DNA of 64,000 bases, from contig CM075977.1 in assembly GCA_038087875.1 (NCBI GenBank), positions 47,430,001 through 47,494,000 of the forward strand, read 5' to 3'. The DNA comes from Malacoraja senta (lineage: Eukaryota). The notes beneath the pieces are model-generated. The model was not told where the DNA came from, did not search any database, and saw only the letters and a program-made list of their open reading frames with translations. This document shows, in pieces, positions 13,521 through 25,699 of this stretch. The position numbers and the translations under genes are program-made. Every line of letters starts with the position of its first letter. Positions within the stretch are counted from its first letter, which is position 1.

Positions 13521-14039
13521 AAGAAGATTGAAGATGGCAGTGCAGTAGCCATTTTGTACATAGGCTTAAACAAGTATTTGACAAGGTACAACATGGCAGG
13601 CTGGGCTGGGAAGTTGGATTAGATGGAATCCAGGGAGAGCAAGCCAATTGGAATCAAAATTGGCTTGAAGGTAGGACACAAGGATGTTGGTAGAGAGTTG
13701 TTTTTCATACTGCAGACCTGTTATGAATGGTGTGCTACAGAGATTGGTACCAAGTCCATTGTGGTTCATTATTTATATTAACAATTGGAAATTAATGTAT
13801 GTGACAATAGTTCGCAAGTTTGTGGATGACACTAAAATTGGTGGTATAGTGGATTGTGAAGGTGATCTAAGATTGCAATCGGATCCTGATCAATTGGGTC
13901 AATTGACCAAAGAATGGTACATGGCGTTAAATTCAGATAACTGCGAGGTGTTGCAGTTTGGTAAGACAAACCACAGCAGGTCTTATACAGTAAATGGTAC
14001 GGACCTGCACAGTGGTACAGAACAGATAAACCTAGGGAT

Positions 14040-14131
14040 ATACACAAAGTGCTGAGTAACTCAGCGGGTTAGGCAGCATAACTGGAGAAAAAGGATAGGT
14101 GATGTTTTGGGTTGGGACCTTTTTTCAGACT
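14040..14131 (-). mobile_element. Short Penelope terminal fragment
   Basis: Minus strand: agtctgaaaaaaggtcccaacccaaaacatcacctatcc...gctgagttactcagcactttgtgt. Confidence 0.7.
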
Positions 14132-14219
14132 TATGAGGATGTTATTGGGTCTGGAAGATTTGACATAAGGAAAGGCTGGATGGGTTGGGACTTTTTTTTC
14201 CCCCGAGAGCATTGGAGAT

Positions 14220-14620
14220 TTGTTTGCGCGATGAATTGGGCTTAAAATCGGCCACGGGATCTTCCATCACCCGATGGGGGCTTCAACCTCGAGAGCCTCG
14301 ATTGCCTCTACATGGCAGTTTGACTGCTTGACCACGGGAGAAGAAGCAGGGAAGAGATAAGACTTTTTTTGCCTTCCATCACAATGAGGAGGTGCCTGGA
14401 AGAGAGTCACTGTGATGGATGTTTGTGTTAAATTGTGTTAATTGTGTGTTTTGTTGCTTTTTTTTTACTGTCATGACTGCATGGTCACAAAATTTCATTC
14501 AAACTTACTACTTCCTAAGAAGGCCAAGGAACTTCCTTCTTCCTCAGAAGGCTAAGGAAATTTGGCATGTTTTCAATGAGTCTTACCAATGTCTACAAAT
14601 GTGTCATTGAATGGCTTTTG
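14220..14620 (+). mobile_element. 3' part of the modular retroposon (14220-14503) joined to a Rex/Babar-like ORF fragment
   Basis: The block gaagagataagact..tccatcaca..tcactgtgatgga matches copy 1; it is followed by tacttcctaagaagg..aggaaatttggcatg (YFLRR..RKFGM-like). Confidence 0.55.
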
Positions 14621-16349
14621 ACATGATACACAAGCACTCCCTTTTTCCGAGCTTTTCGATGAGAACCATTCATTTTACCGATTCTTTTGGAATTCTGCAG
14701 CTGACCGAGAACAACATCATTCCCAAATTTCCAGTGGTCATTTGGCAGCACAGCATAGAGTAGCCCAACCACCTCCACCAACTGACTGGGTGCCAGGGTC
14801 TTGTAACATGCTGGGACACCCAAAACAGGATGGAATTTATAATACACAAGCCACCAGGCCTATTGCCATTGGGATTCTCCAGAATGCATAAATCATAGAA
14901 GGGAAACTTGTTGCAGGAAACTAGGTCAGAGTGAAAAGAAATAACACCTTGCAAGTATTACAGAATTTGTTTCTTTCACTAATCGTGCATAGAACAAGTA
15001 TTTTAACAAGTATCTATTAGGACAGCAGCCAGAGATTATTTTTTCATTAAAGCAGCACTTCCTCCTCACTTATCCAAATATCACACAAACAATAAATACA
15101 ACATAATTCCCCAGTTACTAGGTTCTGCAAAACAAGTTCTAAACTGCTCAGCTTTTTTTTCTTGCTGTTTACCAATTAGTAAACCTATTTACGGTAACGC
15201 AACCCAATTCAATCTAATTCAGGAAACTGTTTCCTTAAGCATTTCCCTGCCTGCTAGAATCAGAAACAAAGGCTTATTTGAAACATATGGTAATTTTAAC
15301 CTAACTCTGCAGAATGCTGACAAAAAAAATCTATCCAAATCCTTTGCTCTTTCTCCATAGTTTGAACCATGCTTCCTTTTCATGTATTTGTCCAATTCCC
15401 ATTTGAAAGGAACTATTGAGTTTGCTTCCACCATCTTTTCAGTGAATGCATTCCAGATCACAATCAAGGATTAGGTTAAAATGACCTCCAGTCTGCACTG
15501 TGCCAGCGGCAAGCTGAACATGAGAACGCCAAGTAAGCTCCTGACATACAGTATTCAAAGATTTGAATGGAAAAATGTTTAATGGGTTGTTTTTTAAAAG
15601 TTTTGTTTAAATATATTGCATCGACGTAATTACAAACTGTAGACACAAGAGACAGCAGATGCTGCAATTTTGAGCAAAAACAAACTGCTGGGGGAACAGA
15701 TGCTACCTGACCCACTGAGTTCCTCCAGCAGTTTATTTTTTGCCAGATGCAGAGACTAGGCAGTGAATTGTCCTTGGGCATTGCTTGCAAATCATTGCAA
15801 TGGCATGGTGTAAATCAGAGCACAAATACTTCCACAAAAATATCACTGACATGTTGAGAAAAACAGTAAAGCTAAACTGTTATGGAGACGGAGGTTAAGA
15901 GTAGAATGAACTTGATTGATTTTGGAGTGATAATAAGAAGGGTTAATGTGGAAAGTGCATTTGATGTAACATACAGGTGTTTGAAAACATCTACAAAGCA
16001 ATCCAGATCAGAAAAGTGGATCCATGTTGGGTTCAAAATTGGCTCAATATAATAAAGCAAATGGCAAGGGTCGAAAGAAATGTTGGTGATTGGTTAATTG
16101 GATGTCATTTTATAGCATGCATTTGATTGCATCATTCACCCATTTTAAAATCCATACTGAACATAAAGCAACAGCCATTTGTATAGAGGTGTTTAAATTG
16201 CTACTGCAACATTCATGTACATACAATATTTGCCAAGTTATGCCAATTCAACAATCATGCACACATTTTAAAACCTTTCTAATTAAAGTTTCACTTTAAT
16301 ACTGTAAAGGTTGGACATTTTTTAAACCAAGCAATCCAAGATATTTTAA

Positions 16350-16565
16350 AGTCATACATGTGGAAACAGGCCGATCGGCCCAACCTACCCACTTCAACCA
16401 ACACGTCCCATCCACACTAGTCCCACTTGCTTTTGTTTGGCCCATATCCCTCTAATCCTGTCCTATTCATGTACCCGTCTAATTTCTTCTTAAACAATGT
16501 GATGGTCACTGCCTCGACGACCTCCTCCGGCAGCTCATTCCATACACCCGCCATCCTTTGCATGA
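16350..16565 (-). mobile_element. CR1 3' UTR fragment
   Basis: gtggaaacaggcc..ccacactagtcccac..ggcagctcattccatacaccc matches the other CR1 tails. Confidence 0.7.
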
Positions 16566-17711
16566 ACTCTTTTCTCCTAGAATAATATTTTGTTGCTTAT
16601 CTCTGTATTTGCAAGTCACCTTAGCCTAGCTCCTTGCCCTTTATATTCCCACATATTTAGTGAGACATGAATTTTGACCTCTAAATAATGCAAAATGATT
16701 TGCTTTTCTGTCCCAAACTTCAAAACATGTTATCAGATCATCGAAGCTGTTCATTAATTGGATTTCTTCAACCTGACTGTTCTTTTTTTCCCCTCTTCTG
16801 CCATGTGATTATGTACTGACTGCTTCTATCCATCCTCAAGAAAATCAGCATTACCTGCCTGACAATCTTGATTTTAAGAGTAAGCTTGAAACATTTGCTT
16901 AAATTTGGTATTTCAGATAGATTAGTTTATCTAACACATACCATATGGTTTGTAATGATGCATAACACAGATTTTAAAAAAATGCAGCCTTCAGTATTAC
17001 CTTGTGGATTCAAATCAAGCAGATGCATTAGTGACATTATTAAAATCAGGATTTTGTAATTTAGAGACAAGAGATATTTGCAAATTGACTCATAAACACC
17101 ACCCCATCAGCTCATTCCTATTACATTGGGTTTGCGTCATCTAAAGGAGATGTGTCAAATTTGGGCAAAGAAACTCAATAAACTTAGTGTAAATTAGGAT
17201 GTTGCGCACTAATGCAAAGATCCATCACATGATATTGTCTTTTTTTTTTAAAATAGACATGGTTTCCATATAATATGTACCAGAACATGTTTGCCAATGG
17301 ATCCTTGCAGGTCATTGTATCCCACATGTGCATTGCAATACAGGGGTCCAGGATAAGTGGACGTCAGGTGGCAACATCTGTCCTCCCCACTCCTCCAGTG
17401 GCCTCAGTATTAAGTCCAGATGTGCATTAAAAATATAGTGAGCTGATCGGCTGGATTCACTTCACATCTGGTACCTCTGGCTATCAAGCGTTACCCCATT
17501 CATCCTCGTGGTCAATCACAGTAAGTGGTTTATTCTCAGTATTTTAATTAATAATGTTTTTAATTCATTTCTGACAGACATGTTTGTGTTTCATGCAGCT
17601 TTAAGCATTTAACTCTATTTTAACCTTTCTTAAATGCCTCTGACCATCAGAGACAATCAGAAGCTGTTGAAAAGCCTTTAATAAGCGAGAGGTGTGAAAA
17701 GTCCAACAGTG

Positions 17712-18350
17712 TGGTCATCTCAATGGCACAGCTATTAGAACCACAGCCTTGCAGTTCAAGTGGTCTGAAGTCAATCCAGACATCCAGTGCTGAGTGTGTT
17801 TGCATGTTCTTCCTGTGACCACGTGGGTTCCCACATTTTGGATATAGGAGTAGTTTCTTCCTACATCCAAAAATGCCCAGGTTGGTAGGTTAAATGCGCA
17901 CTCTAAATTACCCCAAGTATGTAGGCGAGAGATAGAATCTGGGTAGGAGCTGATAGGGATGTGGCGTAGCGGTAGAGCTACTGCCTTGCAGCACCAGAGA
18001 CCTGGGTTCAATCCTGACTAAGGGTGCTTGTCTGTACGGAGATTGTATGTTCTCCCTTTGATGTGTGGGTTTCTCCGAGATCTTCGGTTTCCTCCAACAC
18101 TCCAAAGACGTACAGGTTTGTAGGTTGATTGACTAGGTATAAATGTAAAGTGACCCTGGTTTGTGTAGGATAGTATTAATGTGCGGGGATTGCTGGTCGG
18201 TGTGGATTCAGTGGGCCGACGGGCATGTTTTCTCGCTGTATCCCCAAACTAAACTAATGTAAATAAAATGGATTAACATAAGATTAGATAGTGGATGGCC
18301 ACCGTGGTTGCAGTGGGCCGAAGTACCTGTTTTCTTGCTGTATCTCTCTG
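17712..18350 (+). mobile_element. Older V-SINE with a younger HE1-like SINE (about 17960-18256) inserted in it
   Basis: Diverged head and V-domain at 17712-17955, a better-preserved SINE with TAAAC tail, then the older tail resumes (gtgggccgaagtacctgtttt). Confidence 0.65.
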
Positions 18351-19870
18351 AATCTAACACAGCAGTCCAAGAGTGGGGCCTCAGGATCCACTGCTTACCT
18401 GGTTGTCCACTTTGCACTTGGAGGATGGTGACGGCAATGAATTTGTGTTTGAATAGACCAACAGTGTTGCAAAAGGTCAGTGTGACCACGGGTGCTGTGT
18501 ACAGTTCCTGCGGCACACTGCGGTCATATTGTGGCCATTATTAGTGCACCTTCTGATCGCTGCCAGGCTGTCTTTGTAGTTTGAGTCAGGTGTCTGGGAT
18601 ATACACTCAGGCAAATGCATGCACTTTTGACCTCTGCAAAAACTAGGTTCTCTGTAAATACAATTAATGCCCGAGCAAGCAAATATTATTATACACTATT
18701 TCTTTTGGTTTTTCTACAATTTTAACATTGTCTCTCTACTTCTTTTTGTACACGTTGGTAACTTTGGATTGGATTATCCAAGCAGCTCCGATTTAAATGT
18801 TTGGCCAGACAGCTTTGGCAGCTTAGCAACAACACAGACCATTAAAATCTAGAATAAGATATTCTCACATTCCCCAAGGCAGAGACAGAATGGCTAGACA
18901 CGTTCTCTTCCCTCGGGGCAGCAAGATCAATTGAAACACTGGTTCATAACTGGTAAATTATTATATACAAATGTATGGTAATGGAACCTAAGTCTGTGTA
19001 ATGCAGGACAACAGCCGACAGTGAATATATCCAATGAACCAGCATAGGAACTAATAATGTATTCATATTATAAGCTTGAATGAAAATGCAGGTCTTTGTC
19101 AACTAATGGCTCCTGAATTAATTATTCTTTGTTACAGTTGCTGGAAAAAGGGGAGAGAGCCCCCTTGTTTTTTTATTTATCACTTGGCTTTGTTATGAAC
19201 AGTATGTGGGTTACCCAAAACAGACAATCTTTTGCAACATAAAACTTAAAAATGTTAAATTAACTGCACAAATTATTTCCCACTTGCTGCCATGTGAATA
19301 AGAATGCAAGCCATCTGCAGATTACAAATGCCTGACTTACTTTGGAGGGAGTTCCTATCCTCTTCTTCTATACGATTACTAAAACTCTCATCTTGACCAC
19401 TTCTGCTCTGCATTGTAATTAAATTTACACAAGAACGGTACCCTATATCGCTAGGATTTTTTGCGATCTTACTCACCATTACCTGCTCCAAGCGGACCAA
19501 GTTTTGTTCCGATCGGTGGAATATTACAAAAGTTATGAAGGTTTAAAAAATTGTGAGATGAGCAGATTGGTCTTCTCGCCTGTCAGTCACCATGAAGGTA
19601 ACGCCCCTTCCAGCACCTGCTGTCCGGCGGGGATAATAAAGCAGAAGTGGACTGCGAGCGGGACTGTGTTCTGCGAGCAAGGGTCTGTGCTCTGCCAGTG
19701 GGGGGCTGTGCTCTGCGAGCGAGGTGCTGTGCTCCCTCTCCCCCCCACATCCCCCTCGCCCCCCACACCCCTCCCCCCCACCACCTCCTCCCTCCCCCCC
19801 CAAACCACCCCTGCCCCCCACATCATCCCCTGCCCCCCCACATCATCCCCTGCCCCCCCCACATCATCCC

Positions 19871-20705
19871 CCGAGTCTGCAAGCCGTGGCTCACTGAACT
19901 GTGAGTCCGCAAGCCGTGACTGAATGAATAGTGAGTCCGTAAGCCATGGCTGAATGAACTGTGAGTCCGCAAGCCATGGCAGAATGAACTGTGCGTCTGC
20001 AAGCCATGGTTGAGAGAACTGCGAGTCCGCAAGCCGTAGCCGAGTGAACTGTGAGTCCGCAAGCCATGGCTAAGTGAACTGTGAGACCGCAAGCCGTGGC
20101 TGAGTGAACTGGGAGACCACAAACCGTGGCTGAGTGAACTGGAATTCCGCAAGCCGTGAGTGAGTGAACTGTGAGACCGCAAGCCGTGGCTGAGTGAACT
20201 GGGAGACCACAAACCATGGCTGAGTGAACTGGGAGTCCGCAAGCCATGAGTGAGTGAACTGCGAGTCCGCAAGCTGTGAGTGAGTGAACTGCGAGTCCGC
20301 AAGCCATGAGTGAGAGAACTGCGAGTCCGCAAGCTGTGAGTGAGTGAACTGCGAGTCGCAAGCCGTGAGTGAACTGCGAGTCCGCAAGCCATGAGTGAGT
20401 GAACTGCGAGACTGCAAGCCTTGGCTGAGTGAACTGTGAGGCCACAAGCCATGGCTGACTAAACTGTGAGTCCACAAGTGGTGGCTGACTGAACTGCTAG
20501 TCCACAAGCTGTGGCTGACTTGAACTTTGAGTCCACAAGCCGTGGCTGAGTGAACTGTGAGTACACAAGCCGTGGCTGAGTGAACTGTAAGTCCACAAGC
20601 CGTGGCTGACTGAACTGTGAGTACACAAGCTGTGGCTGAGTGAACTGTGAGTCCACAACCCGTAGCTGAGTGAACTGTGAGTCCACAAGCCGTGAGTGAG
20701 TGAAC
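19871..20705. repeat. 30-bp minisatellite, about 28 units (GTGAGTCCGCAAGCCGTGGCTGAGTGAACT)
   Basis: Directly visible head-to-tail tandem array with point variants and no spacers. Confidence 0.95.
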
Positions 20706-21252
20706 CAAGCTCAGAATGCTCACCACCGCCGCCCACACACCCCCAACCCCCTCCCCTCGCACACCAACCCCCCCTCCCAGCGGCAGGCCACGGCAGTGGT
20801 AGGCCAAGGCAGCGCTTCCCCCCCCCCACACCGGCCCCAGCCTGAAGCCATCCCCCCTTCCCCGGCTGCAGAACGCTCCTGCCGGCCCTCACCTGGAGCC
20901 TCCCCTCCCCCAGCTGCAGGACACTCTCCCTCCCTCACCAGCTCCCAACAGCCCGCCTGCAGCTGTGCCCCTCACCAGGCTGCAGGACGCTCCCCCCATC
21001 AGCCCCCAACAGCCCCCGCCTGAAGCCGACCCCCTCCCCAGCTGCAGAACGCAACAAGAGACGCAACAAGAAAGAATGGACTGAATAAATCTCCTCTTTA
21101 ACATTTAAATTGTTGTAATATTTTAGGAGTAATTCACATTTTAAGCTTTAATAAATCCCTTTTCCACTTGCTGTGCCCTTCAGCTGCACCTGCACAGTAA
21201 TACCTGCATGTTCTACATCACAATGGGAACCCAATGGGAGGGAATGGCTAAG

Positions 21253-21408
21253 AGGGGTTTGAGGGGGGTTTGAGGGGGGCGTTTGAGGGGGGCGTTTGAG
21301 GGGGGCGTTTGAGGGGGGCGTTTGAGGGGGGCGTTTGAGGGGGGCGTTTGAGGGGGGTGTTTGAGGGGGGCGTTTGAGGGGGGCATTTGAGGGGGGCATT
21401 TGAGGGGG
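21253..21408. repeat. 13-bp G-rich tandem repeat (GTTTGAGGGGGGC)n, about 12 units
   Basis: Directly visible; a G6 tract every 13 bp. Confidence 0.95.
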
Positions 21409-21718
21409 AGATGGAGTGAGTGCGTGGGGGGTGGAAAGGCAAGAGGTGGAGTGGGGGGGTGAGTGGAGGAGAGGGGGGATCACAGGCATCACAACGGGAA
21501 CCCGTCAGCGCGCCTGTGCAGTTGGGGACTATGCGTGAGTGGTGGAATATTGGAATTGGTGGAGGTGGAATATTGCGTTGGGGGAACTAGGCCTCCCATG
21601 TGAGAATGGGACTCAACGGGTCCCATTTAGTCTAGTAATATAATTTCATTTAAAAGTTCAACGTACATACTATGTTCATTCTGATGAACACAGAACACTC
21701 TCTTTCCACTGAAAGTAA

Positions 21719-22005
21719 TTTAGTTTAGTTTAGAGTACAGCACATAAACAAGCCCTTCAGCCCAACGAGTCCACACCAACCAGTGATCCCCGCACATTTA
21801 CACAATCCTACACACAGGGGACAATTTACTATTTTTACCAAAGCCAATTAACTGACAAACCTGTACGTTTTTGGATTGTGGGAAGAAACCAGTGCACCAG
21901 GAGAAAACCCCATGTGGTCAGGGGGAGAACATACAATCTCCGTACAGACAGTACCCATAGTCAGGATCGAACCCGAGTTTCTGGCACCAACTCCACCGCT
22001 GCACC
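21719..22005 (-). mobile_element. HE1-like V-SINE
   Basis: (TAAAC)n tail, V-domain, partly deleted head. Confidence 0.8.
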
Positions 22006-22634
22006 AACCTAGCACCTTTGTTCTTTCTTATTCTGATTCACTTTATAACAATACCGTGGAGGTATGGTGACCATACTAATTATTTTTTTGCGTATTTTCA
22101 GACAAAATTAACTTATCGACACCCATAAAAACGAAACCGCTTCATTGCCTGGGAAGGTCTTGTATTACAGTATATATTACTCTTACTAATCTGAAACTAA
22201 TTTCCTTTGAAAAAGTTACCAACCAGGGAGTACAATTCTGCTGAGTGCCACACCATACACATCATGTACCAATGTCCCCACACAACTAATTTTAAGTATT
22301 AGAAGACCCAAGGAAAATATTTTTTTAATATTACAAAACACAATATGAAGTGGAAGACATTTGCAGGATATGCAGAGGGCAATTGTAAATACTGTTCTGA
22401 AACCCCCAGTGCAAAATCCAAGTGAATAGGACGTAGTAAATGAAAGTCATCTGGCAGAGTATCTTAATATTGGCCAAAATACAGCGATTATAAAATGAAG
22501 GATCATTGCATTTACAGGGCCTGCTTGGCCTCTTTCTGTGAAAGTTGCAAGCTGAGAGTCATGGCTCCAAGGAGTCTGGACCCCAGATGGAAGTTGATGA
22601 TAAGGAGAGGTCCATTTTACTTTGTTAAAATGTA

Positions 22635-23170
22635 TGAGGGTTTGCAGAAAGAGATAAGGTCTGCAAATGCACAGTGGGATTGGTTATAGAAGGGGGTGTG
22701 TAAAGGTATTGTTAATAATGTTGCAAGGTGGTTGTACTGCTGCTTGATGATTGGCTGAAGTGTGATGCCTTGTTTGAATTGTTTATACTACCTGGGAAAA
22801 TGTTGCATTACTTAGTCCTTCCAGAAGCTTCTGTAGAAACATTGTAATGGGATGCTTTGTAATTGGGTTAGGGAACCGTCAATAACTGTATAATGTGATC
22901 GATATGTGTGATTGGTTTGTAGGAGTTGCCTCCTCCAAGTAATGTCATGCCCTTAGTTTGGAAGGGTTTAAGAGGGTGGGTAATTCTTTGGGGTGTGTCG
23001 GTTGACTGTGACTTCGGTTCTGTTCGCACGAGATATTGTTGTCTTGTGTGGGTGAATCGGCAACTGTCCCTGCAGTTTGTTCTTCAATAAAGTAAGGTTT
23101 TGGAACCAGAGTTTGACTTCGTATTTGACTAAACCAGACTAAGGGGATAAGTCTTGAACCGGAATTTACA
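22635..23170 (+). mobile_element. Probable solo LTR (ERV1- or Gypsy-type)
   Basis: TG...CA ends; 4-bp TSD TGTA at 22631-22634 and 23171-23174; reverse CCAAT (GATTGG) at about 22910; TTTAAG TATA-like motif at about 22966; AATAAA at about 23086. Confidence 0.55.
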
Positions 23171-23233
23171 TGTACATATCTGATAATGTTTAGCACTGCG
23201 TGAGACTGATAGATCAGATGTGTACAAGACTCA

Positions 23234-23945
23234 GGGCAGCACAGTGGCACAGCAGTAGAGTTGCTGCCTAACAGAACCAGAGGCCCGGGTTCCATCCTGA
23301 CCAGTGCTGTCTATGCAGAGTTTGTATGTTTTCCCTGAGAGCACGTGGGTTATCTCCAGGTGCTCCGGCTTCATTCCACATTCCAAAGACGTATAGGTTT
23401 GTAGGTTAATTGCAAATTGTTCCTAGTGTGTAGGATAGAACTAGTGTATGGGTGATTGACAATAGACAATAGACAATAGATGCAGGAGTAGGCCATTTGG
23501 CCCTTCAAGCCAGCATCGCCATTCAATGTGATCATGGCTGATCATCCCCAATCAGTACTCCATTCCTGCCTTCTCCCCATGTCCCCTGACTCCGCTATCT
23601 TTAAGAGCCCTATCTAGCACTCTCTTGAAAGTATGCAGAGAACCGGCCTCCACCGCCCTCTGAGGCAGAGAATTGCACAGACTCACAATGTGTGAAAAAG
23701 TGTTTCCTCATCTCTGTTCTAAATGGCTTACCCCTTATTCTTAAACAGTGGCCCCTGGTTCTGGACTCCCCCAACATCAGGAACATGTTTCCTGCTTCTA
23801 GTGTGTCCAAACACTTAATAATCGTACATTTCAATAAGATCCCCTCTCATCCTTCTAAACTGCAGAGTATACAAGATTGGTGGTCGGCGCGGACTCAGTG
23901 GGCCGAAGGACCTGTTTACCATGCTGAATTTCTAAAATAAACTAA
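23234..23945 (+). mobile_element. HE1-like V-SINE split by a CR1 3' fragment
   Basis: Head gggcagcacagtggcacagcagtagag; the SINE resumes at 23875 and ends with a TAAAC-like tail. Confidence 0.8.
23459..23874 (-). mobile_element. CR1 3' fragment with (ATTGTCT)n tail
   Basis: ORF2 end (GESRTRGHCLRIRGKPFRTEMRK); GACAATA repeats on the plus strand; 5-bp TSD GATTG at 23454-23458 and 23875-23879. Confidence 0.85.
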
Positions 23946-24656
23946 AGGCAAGCTTTCCTTTTCATTTTTCTTTAATTCAAGGCATGGAAGGGTGTTTTTA
24001 TATCACTGCAATCTTTGGACATTGAAATGGAAGAAGTGTTTAGCTCGAGGTAGCACAGTATCCTACGTCTTTTATCCTGATGTCTGACTACATTTTGATT
24101 ATCCCCAGTACCTGAAAGACTATTCTAAATGTTTAGTGCATTCAAAATAAAAGAGATCCCTTTTGATGTTAGTTTTCAAATATACTTTTGCAATTGTGTA
24201 TGCTTTGTTCACTACTCTCTCAATGTCTGGGCTTATCTTATAAATAACTTAAGAACCACGGGGAATTTAAAAGCTTTTGACTTGGCAGTGTTGTGGTATT
24301 TTGCTATGAAATTAAAGCTTTCTCTTCCTGTCCGCTAGTTTTTACATGTCGATGTAAAAGAAATTCAGGGCTGTCAACTCAAGCATTTTATCAATGCTGA
24401 TAGCAATAAGGTTTGTCTAAAACGTCAATAAAATTAAAATAAAATGATACGATATGTTCTTTAAAAGCATAGCAGTATAGAGCAGAAAAGGTATCCTTAA
24501 TTAGAGAGTCAATGGACTGAATTAAGATATAAAGCATTAAAGTAGATATTGGAAAAATTTGTTGAAGCAAGGGATAATTAAAACTTGGAATGTTTTACCA
24601 AAATGACAAATCAATAGAAATGCTTTAATTTTTATAGAAGCTATCAACACCTCTTA

Positions 24657-25125
24657 GAATCACACAGCACAGAAACAGGTCCTTCGGCCCAACCTACCCA
24701 TGCTGACTAGGATGCCTCATCTACACTATTCCCACCTGTGTGCATTTGGCCCATATCTCTCTAAACCTTTCCCATCCATGCATCTGTCTAAATATCTTTT
24801 AAATGTTATTATCATATCTGCCTCAACTACCTCTTCTGGTAACTCGCTTAATATACTCACCACCTTGTGTGGAAAAAGTTACCCCTCAGATTCCTATCAA
24901 ATGTTTCCCCTCTCACTTTAAACCTATGTCCTCTGGATAATGAATCTCCTGTGCTGAGCAAAGACTCTGTGCATTCACGCTATCTATTGCCCTCCTTATA
25001 CACCCCAAAATGATCACCCCTCATCCTCCTGCACTGCAGGGAATATAGTTCTAGCCTGCCCAACCTTTCCCTGCAGCTCATTCTCTGGTAACAACCTCGT
25101 AAATCTTCTCTACACTCTTTTTCAG
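24657..25125 (-). mobile_element. CR1/HER1-type 3' fragment
   Basis: Homologous to 9880-10285. Confidence 0.75.
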
Positions 25126-25699
25126 CTTAAAAACTCCTCAGAGTTCTACATTATGACCACTAGTTAATAGCATTCTCACCCTAGAGTTAGCAGTTTGTCA
25201 AAATACTGAAGACAAACAAAAAAAATCAGGAGTTGGTCATTTGGCCCGACTTCACTTATCAGTATGATCATTGTTGATCCTTTCTCTCGGTAACATATTC
25301 CCACTCTTTCCCCATATCCGTTGTTTCCTTTTGTTTCTGGAAATCAATCTATCTTCTGCTTAAATATATTTGGAGATTTGACCTCCACAGCCTTATGTAG
25401 TAGAAAATTCTATGGGTTCAACACCCTGTGTGAAGTGATTTATTCTCATCTTAGTTCTAAATGTCTTACCCCCATATCCTGAGATGGTAACTTCAACCAG
25501 ATAGCACAATCTCCCACTCTCAACCGCAACCCCCTCTCTAAGAGAAACCACCCCCTGCATTTAATCTCTCGCGCTGCAACAGAATGTTTCAATGAGATAT
25601 CATCTAATACTTCCCAAACTCTAGTGAATAAGACCTAGTCAAATCAATGCCTCCTCAACAAATGATCCTCCTTCACAGGGATCAAGCTTGTCAAAGAAG

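Larger units (their letters stand above)
12340..14215 (+). mobile_element. Degenerate CR1 LINE ORF2 fragment interrupted by two Penelope inserts
   Basis: VSLTSLVGTLLEGILRDRIY, TNLIEFFEEVTKKID and KFVDDTKIGGIVD RT motifs, with stops and frameshifts. Confidence 0.85.
19358..21635 (+). mobile_element. Non-autonomous Helitron carrying tandem repeats
   Basis: A|TC 5' junction (19357|19358; alternative start 19367); 3' hairpin AATGGGACTC-AAC-GGGTCCCATT (21605-21627); CTAG|T end (21632-21636); no TSD; both termini resemble 28586-29329. Confidence 0.75.

Noticed and set aside
18399-18633. Candidate ADGRB1 internal exon (minus-strand tttttgcag acceptor, CAG|GTAAGC donor)
   Set aside because: Stops in all three frames and no TSR (WxxWxxC) similarity. 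A non-coding or poison exon cannot be excluded without RNA data.
19871-20705. 30-bp periodic array as a CRISPR-like array
   Set aside because: Units are contiguous with no unique spacers, there are no cas genes, and the context is a vertebrate intron. It is a minisatellite.
19823-20831. Long His/Cys-periodic ORFs (THSSLSHGLR, ACGLTVHSAT) as zinc-finger or repeat proteins
   Set aside because: They are by-products of a 30-bp unit lacking stops on the minus strand; they are open in several frames and have no C2H2 spacing or exon signals.
22384-23170. Longer LTR boundary using the TGTAAAT..ATTTACA inverted ends
   Set aside because: No target duplication at that boundary; the 22635 start gives a TGTA TSD.
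24340-24405. Short palindromes (TTTTACAT-gtcg-ATGTAAAA; AGCATT..AATGCT) as a structured RNA or MITE
   Set aside because: Short, AT-rich, no TSD and no second copy; compatible with chance.
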